This document shows positions 56,731 through 64,000 of a DNA stretch of 64,000 nt, piece by piece. A program made the translations under genes and the position numbers. The number at the start of each line of letters is the position of its first letter. The stretch's first letter is position 1. Source of the DNA: an uncultured Actinomycetota bacterium (GTDB lineage Bacteria > Actinomycetota > Actinomycetes > JADGOV01); contig CAWFCZ010000018.1 of the NCBI GenBank assembly GCA_963814355.1, positions 1,064,141-1,128,140 of the forward strand, written 5' to 3'. The notes under the pieces were generated by a model, which saw only the letters and a list, made by a program, of their open reading frames with translations, ran no database searches and was not told the DNA's origin.

Positions 56731-57993
56731 TCAGGCTGGTCGGCCAGCGAGCCCGGCGGCCACGAAGGCGTCGTAGGAGGGCGCGATCGTGGCGGTCGGC
56801 CGAGCCACGTCGGCGACCGCGTCGAGGGTCTTCAGCCCGTCGCCGGTGTTGAGCAGGACGGTTTCGGCATCGGGGTCCAGCCGGCCGTCGGCCAGCAAGC
56901 GGCGCAGCGTGGCCACCACCACCCCACCGGCGGTCTCGGCGAAGATGCCCTCGGTGCGGGCCAGCAGCCGGATGCCGGCAATGGCGTCCTCATCGTCGAC
57001 CGCGGCCACCGCCCCACCGGTGCGTCGGACCACGTCGAGGGCGTACGGGCCATCTGCCGGGTTGCCGATCGCCAGCGACTTGGCGATGCCGCTCGGCCGG
57101 ACCGGGCGGACCACGTCCCGGCCTTCGGCGAAGGCGGTGGCCACCGGCGCGCAACCGTCGCTCTGCGCGCCGAAAACCCGATAGTCCGCCGGCTCCACCA
57201 GACCGAGCGTGGCGAACTCCCGCCAGGCCTTGTCCACCTTGGTGAGCAACGAGCCGGAGGCCACCGGGCAGACCACCTGGGCCGGCAGCCGCCAGCCGAG
57301 TTGCTCGGCGACCTCGTACCCGACGGTCTTGGAACCCTCGGCGTAGAACGGCCGGACGTTGGTGTTGACAAACGCCCACGGAAGTTCACCGACGAGTTCG
57401 GAGCACAACCGGTTGACGTCGTCGTAGGTGCCGTCCACCGCGACCAGCGTGCCGCCGTAGGCCGCGGCCATGGTGACCTTCGCCGGCTCCAGATCGGCCG
57501 GGATCAGCACCACGGAGCGCATCGCGGCCTTGGCAGCGGCAGCCGCTACCGCGCCGGCCAGGTTGCCGGTGGACGCGCACGCCAGGACATCGAAGCCGAA
57601 GGCTTTCGCGGCCGAGGCGGCCACACCGACCACCCGGTCTTTGAACGAGTGTGTCGGGTTGCCGCTGTCGTCCTTGACCCACAACGCCCGCATGCCCAAC
57701 TCGCGGGCCAAGTTGTCCGCCCGGACCAGCCGGGTCATGCCGACCTGCAAATCGACGAGCGGCCGGGCCGGGAGCAGGTCGGCGTACCGCCACATCGTCG
57801 GCGGCCCGGCTTCGATGGTGGCCCGAGTCACCGGGCCGTAGGAGTACGCGACCTCCAGCGGCCCGAAGCACTCCGCGCAGACGTGCTCGGCCGCGAGCGG
57901 ATAGCTGGCGTGGCATTCCCGGCAGGTCAGCCCGGTGGCGGCGCCGAAAGCGGAGGGGTCGAGCGAGAGTTCGGGATTCAGCACAACGGTCAT
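56731..57993 (-). CDS. thrC: Threonine synthase (PLP) with N-terminal zinc ribbon
   Basis: CREC...CAEC, NPTHSFKDR, CASTGN, EGSKT, TGDGLKT; start ATG 57993. Confidence 0.9.
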   Translation of the reverse strand: MTVVLNPELSLDPSAFGAATGLTCRECHASYPLAAEHVCAECFGPLEVAYSYGPVTRATIEAGPPTMWRYADLLPARPLVDLQVGMTRLVRADNLARELGMRALWVKDDSGNPTHSFKDRVVGVAASAAKAFGFDVLACASTGNLAGAVAAAAAKAAMRSVVLIPADLEPAKVTMAAAYGGTLVAVDGTYDDVNRLCSELVGELPWAFVNTNVRPFYAEGSKTVGYEVAEQLGWRLPAQVVCPVASGSLLTKVDKAWREFATLGLVEPADYRVFGAQSDGCAPVATAFAEGRDVVRPVRPSGIAKSLAIGNPADGPYALDVVRRTGGAVAAVDDEDAIAGIRLLARTEGIFAETAGGVVVATLRRLLADGRLDPDAETVLLNTGDGLKTLDAVADVARPTATIAPSYDAFVAAGLAGRPA

Positions 57994-58006
57994 GCGGCCA
58001 GGTCTC

Positions 58007-58141
58007 CTCATCTTTCCCGCGCGCATTGTGCGGCGGGCCGGAGTTGGCACCTGCCCGGTTCCGCGCGATCGGTCAGCGCAAAACTCCTGCGGGTGGTTGC
58101 CGGGGCTTCGTCGGGCCGGTCCCTCTGCCCCTCGTGATGAG
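58007..58141 (-). ncRNA. SAM-I (S-box) riboswitch
   Basis: Minus strand CTCATC..GAGGGGCAGAGGGACCGGCCCGACGAAGCCCCGGCAACC...GGTGCCAACTCC...GAAAGATGAG; CTCATC/GATGAG P1 pairing. Confidence 0.92.
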
Positions 58142-58212
58142 CGGTATTCAGTTGTGTCTGGGATCATGTCATACGTGCGCCCGTACCTGCCACGGTGGTC
58201 TCGAGTCGCCGG

Positions 58213-59061
58213 GTGAGCAGTATCCGAGTCGTCTACAGCGACCTCGACGGCACCATGGTCGGCCCGCATGGCTGCTTCTTCCGCGCCGAGGACGGCGCGC
58301 TCACCTCCGCTCCGGCCGCCGCGCTGCTCGACCTGCTCGCCGCCGACATCGCGCTGGTCCTGGTCTCCGGCCGGACCCGCCCGCAGCTGCTGGAGGCAGC
58401 GGCGATCTTCGGCGCCGACGGCTACATCGCCGAGATGGGCTCGGTGATCGGCTGGGACCGCGGGCGCGCCTCGGAGGTGCTGCGGGGGGCCATGCCGGCG
58501 CGGTACGAGGAGTCGGCGGCCGCCGTCGCGGAGGAGTCCGGACTGATCGCGGAGCTGTTCGACTTTTGCGCCGGCCGGCTGGACTATCACGCCCCGTGGC
58601 ATCTCGGACATGAGGCGGATGTCATGCTGCGCGGCCAGGTGGACGTGGCCGAGGTCGATCGCTGGTTGGCCCGGCGGGGCTTCGGCTGGCTGCGGCTACG
58701 GGACAACGGCGTGCTGCCGCCCTTCCCGAACCCCTCCCCGGACCCCTCGCCGGACCCGGAGTCGGCACCGGCGGATCGGCCGGTGCACGTCTACCACCTG
58801 CTGCCCGATGGCATCACCAAGGGGTTGGCGGTGGGCCGGGACCTGGCCCGCCGGGGGTTGAGGCCGGCGCAGGCGCTCGGCATCGGCGACTCGGCGAGCG
58901 ACCTGGAGATGGCGCCGTACGTCCGCGAACTGTGGCTCACCGCCAACGGGGCTGCGCATCCGCACATGGCCGACCTCATCGCGACCCACCCCAACGTCAC
59001 AGTCTCGGCCGGGGCGCTCGGCCTGGGTTGGGCGTCGGCGGTCCGCGCGGCACTGGCCTGA
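58213..59061 (+). CDS. HAD superfamily (class IIB) phosphatase
   Basis: SDLDGT, SGR, TKG, IGDS.SD. Confidence 0.85.
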   Translation: MSSIRVVYSDLDGTMVGPHGCFFRAEDGALTSAPAAALLDLLAADIALVLVSGRTRPQLLEAAAIFGADGYIAEMGSVIGWDRGRASEVLRGAMPARYEESAAAVAEESGLIAELFDFCAGRLDYHAPWHLGHEADVMLRGQVDVAEVDRWLARRGFGWLRLRDNGVLPPFPNPSPDPSPDPESAPADRPVHVYHLLPDGITKGLAVGRDLARRGLRPAQALGIGDSASDLEMAPYVRELWLTANGAAHPHMADLIATHPNVTVSAGALGLGWASAVRAALA

Positions 59062-59119
59062 CCGACGCCTGTGCCGGAAGCGGCCTGGACCGGACCTGCC
59101 GGCGGTTAGGCTCGCGGAC

Positions 59120-60562
59120 GTGGCCGGTACGGCGCGGGTTGTCCTCGCGTCCAATCGCGGGCCGGTTTCCTTCGCCGAGGACAGCGCTGGCCGGCTTGTC
59201 CCGCGGCGCGGCGGCGGCGGGCTGATCTCCGGGCTGCGGGCCGCCGCACACGGCAGCGAGGCGATGTGGGTCTGCGCTGCGCTAGGCGTCGCCGACCGCC
59301 GCGCCGCCCGGGAGGCTGGCGACGGCGGCCGGATCGATGTCGCCGGGCACGACACCGACGGCGCCCGGGTCCGGATGCTGGACATCGACCCGACGACGTA
59401 CCACCGGGCCTACAACGCGGTTGCCAACCGCACCCTGTGGTTCCTGCACCACATGCTCTTCGACGTGGCCGCTACGCCGGTCTTCGACGAGCGGTTTCGC
59501 CGGGAGTGGGCCGCCTACGCCGAGTACGACGAGGCGTTCGCGGTCGCCGTGGCGCAGGAGGCGGCACCGGGAGCGTTGGTTGCCGTGCAGGACTACCACT
59601 TGACACTGACCCCGCGGATGCTGCGAGCTCGCCGACCGGACCTGCGGATCGGCCACTTCAGCCACACGCCCTGGGCCTCGGCGTCATACTTTCGGCTGCT
59701 ACCCGACGATATCGCCCGCGACGTGCTCACCGGGCTACTGGCCGCTGACGCGGTGGGCTTCCTGTGCCAACGCTGGGCGGCGGCGTTCCTGGACTGCTGT
59801 GTCGCCGTCCTCGACGCCCGGGTGGACGGCGACACCGTGATCCACGCCGGGCATCGGACCCGGGTACGGGTGCACAGCTTGGGCGTGGACCCAGCGGAGT
59901 TGCACCGGCGGGCGGACCAGCCCGACGTCGCAGCCCGCAAGGCGGTGCTGGCCGAGGTGGTCGGTGACCGGCGGCTGCTGCTGCGCATCGACCGGACCGA
60001 GATGAGCAAGAACATCGTCCGGGGCCTGGCCGCCTACCGGGAACTGCTCCGGACCCGGCCGGAATGGCACGGCCGGGTGGTGCACCTTGCCTTCGCCTAC
60101 CCGAGCCGGCACGACCTTCCGGAGTACCGCGCCTACACCGCCGCCGTGCAGCAGATGGCCGAGGAGATCGAAGACGAGTTCGCGACTCCGTACTGGGCTC
60201 CCCTCGTTCTGGAGGTCAACGACGACTATCCCCGGTCGCTGGCCGCGTACAGCCTGGCGGACGCGCTGGTGGTGAACCCGATCCGGGACGGCATGAACCT
60301 CATCGCCAAGGAGGGCGTGGTGCTCTCCGAGCGGAACCTGGCTCTGGTGCTGTCCCGGGAGGCCGGCGCGGCCGACGAACTGGGTACCGGGGCGTTGCTG
60401 GTCAACCCGTACGACGTCAGCGACACGGCGGCCGCCATGCACGCCGCCTTGACCATGTCGACCGGCGAGCGGGCCAGCCGGCGGCGGCTGCTGGTGGCCG
60501 GGGCGACCGCGCTCCCGCCACGGGAGTGGCTCGACCGCCAGCTCACCGAGCTGGCGCAGTAG
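59120..60562 (+). CDS. otsA: Trehalose-6-phosphate synthase
   Basis: SNRGP, GGGGL, LW..H, QDYH, HTPW, DRT..SKN, RDGMNL.AKE, LSREAGA, VNPYD. Confidence 0.92.
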   Translation: MAGTARVVLASNRGPVSFAEDSAGRLVPRRGGGGLISGLRAAAHGSEAMWVCAALGVADRRAAREAGDGGRIDVAGHDTDGARVRMLDIDPTTYHRAYNAVANRTLWFLHHMLFDVAATPVFDERFRREWAAYAEYDEAFAVAVAQEAAPGALVAVQDYHLTLTPRMLRARRPDLRIGHFSHTPWASASYFRLLPDDIARDVLTGLLAADAVGFLCQRWAAAFLDCCVAVLDARVDGDTVIHAGHRTRVRVHSLGVDPAELHRRADQPDVAARKAVLAEVVGDRRLLLRIDRTEMSKNIVRGLAAYRELLRTRPEWHGRVVHLAFAYPSRHDLPEYRAYTAAVQQMAEEIEDEFATPYWAPLVLEVNDDYPRSLAAYSLADALVVNPIRDGMNLIAKEGVVLSERNLALVLSREAGAADELGTGALLVNPYDVSDTAAAMHAALTMSTGERASRRRLLVAGATALPPREWLDRQLTELAQ

Positions 60563-60567
60563 CGTCC

Positions 60568-61383
60568 TTAGCCCAACGCCGCCGACAGCCCGGCCAACAG
60601 CCGCACTACCTCGGGCGGCCCGTCGAGGACGAGATCGGCCCGCTCGGCCAGTGCGGTCACCTCCGCCGATGTGCTGGCCACCGTGATCCCCGGGATGCCG
60701 ACGTCCCGGAGCGCCTCGACCGCCGAGTACGCCGCCAGGTCACCGAGGTCGTCCCCGGCGAACAGCAGTGCACCGGCCTGAGCGTCGGCACGCAGCCGGC
60801 GCAACGCAGCCCCCTTGTCCATGCCGGGCGGGCGCAGTTCGAGCACGAACCGGCCGGGTTCCGCGGCCAGACCCAACTCATCCGCCAGCGCCGTCAGCGC
60901 CGGGGCAAGCGCATCCAGAAGGCCGGCCGGGTCAGCCGCCCGGCGGGTATGGACGGCCAGGGCGTGACCCTTGTCCTCCAGCCGAGCCTCCGGGGCGCCG
61001 GCGAGCAGCGCCGGCAGCCGCTCGCGCGCGGCCGCCACCGCCGGCAGCGGCGGCGGCGCCTCGACCCGGCCGCCGACGAAGCGCTCCAGACCGTACTGCC
61101 CGGCGATGACCACACCGGCCAGGCCGGGGACGGTGTCGGTGCGCAAAAAGCCCTGCACGTCGGCGACCGGCCGGCCGGTGACGATGGCCACTGTGCCGAC
61201 CTTTCGGGCCAGGTCCACCAAGGCTTCGACGGCGCCCTCGGCCGGTTCGGCGAGCGCCGGATCGGGCACGATCGGAGCCAGCGTGCCGTCGTAGTCCACG
61301 GCGATCAGGGCCCGGCGCGGGGCACTCAGGATCGCCGCCAGCCCGGCTCGCCCGACCGCGGTCGCCGGCTCAGGCAGCGGCAT
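60568..61383 (-). CDS. otsB: Trehalose-6-phosphate phosphatase
   Basis: DYDGTLAPI, TGR, EDKG, ELRP, DKG, GDD.GD. Confidence 0.92.
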   Translation of the reverse strand: MPLPEPATAVGRAGLAAILSAPRRALIAVDYDGTLAPIVPDPALAEPAEGAVEALVDLARKVGTVAIVTGRPVADVQGFLRTDTVPGLAGVVIAGQYGLERFVGGRVEAPPPLPAVAAARERLPALLAGAPEARLEDKGHALAVHTRRAADPAGLLDALAPALTALADELGLAAEPGRFVLELRPPGMDKGAALRRLRADAQAGALLFAGDDLGDLAAYSAVEALRDVGIPGITVASTSAEVTALAERADLVLDGPPEVVRLLAGLSAALG

Positions 61384-61391
61384 GGCGCGGA

Positions 61392-61688
61392 TCAGCCGTC
61401 CAGGCCCAGCCGGCGGGCCGAGCGGGCCCGCTGCCGGGCGTCGCGCAGTCGACGCAGCCGCTTGACCAGCATGGGGTCGGCGGCCAGGGCTTCCGGCCGG
61501 TCCAGCAGGCCGTTGAGCACCTGGTAGTACCGGGTGGCGGACATGTCGAACAGGTCGCGGATGGCCTGCTCCTTGGACCCGGCATAGTGCCACCACTGCC
61601 GCTCGAAGGCCAGGATCTCGGCGTCCCGCGCAGACAAGGGCGAGCCGTCCCGGGGCGGGGTGGGAGCCGGCGCGGCGGAGGCGTCCAT
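61392..61688 (-). CDS. DUF3263 domain protein
   Basis: ILAFERQWW..GSKEQAIR..F.MSATRYYQVLN. Confidence 0.88.
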   Translation of the reverse strand: MDASAAPAPTPPRDGSPLSARDAEILAFERQWWHYAGSKEQAIRDLFDMSATRYYQVLNGLLDRPEALAADPMLVKRLRRLRDARQRARSARRLGLDG

Positions 61689-61776
61689 AACCGGCAGCCT
61701 ACGACGGAGAGTGGCGGCGGCGGCTGTTCCGGCGCGCCAGTGGCCGATGCTCCTCGGGGTAGGGCTGGGGCGCGCA

Positions 61777-63033
61777 TCAGGGGTAGAGGCCCCGGGTGCG
61801 GTGCGCCTCGGCCACCCGGCCGACCCCGATCATCTGCGCGGCGGTCCGCAGCGACACCCCGCGGTCGGCGGAGAGCGCAGAGACCTCAGCGTAGGCCCGA
61901 TCCATCAGCTCCTGGAGCCGGGCATTGACCTGGTCCTCGCTCCAGAAGTACGCCTGCAGGTCCTGGACCCACTCGAAGTAGGACACCGCGACCCCACCGG
62001 AGTTGGCCAGCACGTCCGGTACGACCACCGTGCCCTTGGCCTCCAGGATGGCGTCGGCGTCCGGGGTGGTGGGGCCGTTGGCACCCTCGACGATGAAGCG
62101 GGCCCGGACCCGGTCGGCGTTGGCCGCCATGATCACGCCTTCCAGAGCGGCCGGCACGAGGATGTCCACGTCGAGCTCGATCAGTTCCTCGTTTGTGATC
62201 GTGTCCGTGCCCGGGTAGCCGACCACGGACTCCGCGCCGGAGCGGATGTGGCGCAGCAGGGCGACCGGGTTGAGTCCCTTCGGGTTGTACGCCCCGCCTT
62301 TGACGTCGCTGACCGCCACCACGGTGCAGCCGGCGTCGTGCAGGAACTGGGCCGCCAGGCCGCCGACCTTGCCGAAACCCTGCACCGCGACCGTGCAGTC
62401 CCGCGGGTCGATCCGGCGCTCCCGCAGCGCGGCGAAGGCGGAGAACATCACCCCCCGGGACGTGGCCCCGCCGCGGCCCTCGGAGCCACCGATGGATACC
62501 GGTTTCCCGGTGACCACCCCGGTCGTGGTGTACCCGCGGTTCACCGAGTACGTGTCCATGAACCAGGCCATGGTCTGCTCGTCGGTGCCGACGTCCGGCG
62601 CCGGAATGTCGCGTTCCGGGCCGATGATCGGCAGGATCTCGCTGGCGTACCGCCGGGTGACCCGCTCGAGTTCGTTGCGGGAATACAGCCTCGGGTCGAT
62701 CGTCACCCCGCCCTTGGCACCGCCGTACGGGATTCCCACCAGGGCGCACTTCCAGGTCATCCACATTGCCAGCGCCTTGACCTCGTCGAGGTCGGTGGAC
62801 GGGTGGTACCGGATGCCGCCCTTCGCCGGGCCGCGCGAGAAGTTGTGCTGCACGCGGTAGCCGGCCAGGACTTCGACGTGGCCGTCGTCGCGGCGCAGTG
62901 GGATGGAGACGGTCAGCGACCGGCGGGGCGTGGCCAGCAGGTCGTGTGTGCCGTCGTCGAGGCCGAGTTGCCGAGCGGCCTCGGCCAACTGGGTGAGTGC
63001 AGAATCCCAAGCCGACTGCCGAGCGAGCGACAC
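61777..63033 (-). CDS. gdhA: Glu/Leu/Phe/Val dehydrogenase (glutamate dehydrogenase)
   Basis: GPAKGGIRY, GGAKGG, DIPAPD, QGFGKVG, EGANGP, VSYFEW. Confidence 0.92.
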   Translation of the reverse strand: MSLARQSAWDSALTQLAEAARQLGLDDGTHDLLATPRRSLTVSIPLRRDDGHVEVLAGYRVQHNFSRGPAKGGIRYHPSTDLDEVKALAMWMTWKCALVGIPYGGAKGGVTIDPRLYSRNELERVTRRYASEILPIIGPERDIPAPDVGTDEQTMAWFMDTYSVNRGYTTTGVVTGKPVSIGGSEGRGGATSRGVMFSAFAALRERRIDPRDCTVAVQGFGKVGGLAAQFLHDAGCTVVAVSDVKGGAYNPKGLNPVALLRHIRSGAESVVGYPGTDTITNEELIELDVDILVPAALEGVIMAANADRVRARFIVEGANGPTTPDADAILEAKGTVVVPDVLANSGGVAVSYFEWVQDLQAYFWSEDQVNARLQELMDRAYAEVSALSADRGVSLRTAAQMIGVGRVAEAHRTRGLYP

Positions 63034-63282
63034 CGTGATGCTCCCTTGCCCTCCGCGGTCGCCGTTGACCGCGTCGTGGCTTGAGAATGCCAGAAATCCA
63101 CGAGGGGGAAACCCGACGAACGGATGTGTCCCCCGCGGGTCGGGCGCCGGGGGGATGCACGACCCGGCCGGGTACGCGGATCGTGACTGCCCTGGCTGAG
63201 AAAGCCGGCAGCGCCTGCGACAATCTCCGGTCATGAGGCGCGGGAAGTCGATCGGCGTCGCGGCAGCCCCGGACGTGCGGCG

Positions 63283-64000
63283 ATGAGCGAGCCGGCTACG
63301 TCGCCGTGGGGCCGGGTCGAGGCTGACGGCACGGTGTACGTCCGCACCGCCGCCGGCGAGCGGGTCATCGGCTCCTGGCACGCCGGCACCGTGGAGGAAG
63401 GCGTCGCGTACTTCGCCCTGCGCTACGACGATCTCGCCGCCGAGGTGTCCTTGCTGGAGAACCGGCTGGCTGCCGACGCCGGGCACGCCAAGGCGGTGAG
63501 CGAGGCGGCGGTGCGGATCCGGGCCGCCCTACCCGAGGCCCGCGTGATCGGGGACCTCGACGATCTGGACCGTCGGCTGGCAGCGATCGCCGACACCGCG
63601 CAGGACCGACTGGCCGAGCACCGCGCGGCCCGAGCCGAGGAGCGCGTCGCCGCCACCGCAGCGAAACGGGCCCTGGTGGAGGAGGCCGAACGGATCGCCG
63701 GAAGCAACGACTGGAAGGCTACCGGTGACCGGCTGCGCGGCATTGTCGAGGACTGGCGGGCCGTCAAAGGAGCGGAGAAGGCCGCCGAAACCGAGCTGTG
63801 GAGACGCTTCGCCGCCGCGCGGGACGCCTTTACCCGCCGGCGCAGTGAACACTTCGCCGCGTTGGACTCCCAGCGCAAGGCCGCCGTCGCGCGCAAGACC
63901 GAACTCATCGAGGAGGCCGAGGCGCTGTCGGAGTCGGAGGACTGGGCCGCTACGACCGCCCACTACCGGGATCTGCTTGCGCAATGGAAGGCCGCCGGGC
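63283..64000 (+). CDS. DUF349 domain protein, 3' truncated by window edge
   Basis: Manual translation MSEPATSPWGRVEADGTVYVRT..GERVIGSW; repeated EEAE...W...W elements. Confidence 0.85.
   Translation, partial: MSEPATSPWGRVEADGTVYVRTAAGERVIGSWHAGTVEEGVAYFALRYDDLAAEVSLLENRLAADAGHAKAVSEAAVRIRAALPEARVIGDLDDLDRRLAAIADTAQDRLAEHRAARAEERVAATAAKRALVEEAERIAGSNDWKATGDRLRGIVEDWRAVKGAEKAAETELWRRFAAARDAFTRRRSEHFAALDSQRKAAVARKTELIEEAEALSESEDWAATTAHYRDLLAQWKAAG

Noticed and set aside
57994-58611. N-terminal extension of the 626-aa thrC ORF
   Set aside because: Spans the riboswitch and the antisense HAD gene; SD supports start at 57993
1-64000. tRNA, rRNA, IS element, integrase or prophage
   Set aside because: No cloverleaf/T-loop signature, rRNA motif, transposase or recombinase recognised by eye; tRNAscan-SE and ISEScan would confirm

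Overview
High-GC Actinomycetota-type chromosomal segment with about 60 coding regions; no rRNA, tRNA, CRISPR array or transposase/integrase was recognised. In order: branched-chain-amino-acid-type ABC importer with GntR regulator, CoA-transferase and acyl-CoA dehydrogenase; a membrane GGDEF-EAL gene with two Trp-containing micro-ORFs and a perfect 16-bp palindrome upstream; gamma-glutamyl enzymes; modABC; a receiver-TrxR / cNMP-histidine kinase / zf-UBP module; two convergent vapBC pairs; Na+/H+ antiporter; a ferric-reductase/FMN-binding/ApbE flavinylation operon facing an IdeR-boxed efeOB; SulP; a decaying Tes/MJ0619-like radical SAM plus methyltransferase; an ECF41 sigma pseudogene with twin promoters; a CsoR/CstR-like regulon with four ATACCC-N-GGGTAT boxes; an ABC exporter; then a core block (SAM-I riboswitch-thrC, otsA/otsB, DUF3263, gdhA, DUF349). 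Several accessory genes are pseudogenes. Best candidates for undescribed systems: the micropeptide/c-di-GMP locus (7.7-10.5 kb), the CstR-like sulfur regulon (44.4-49.0 kb) and the phosphorelay-controlled CxxC-less TrxR module (17.5-21.0 kb). All family calls come from motif recognition by eye, not database searches.
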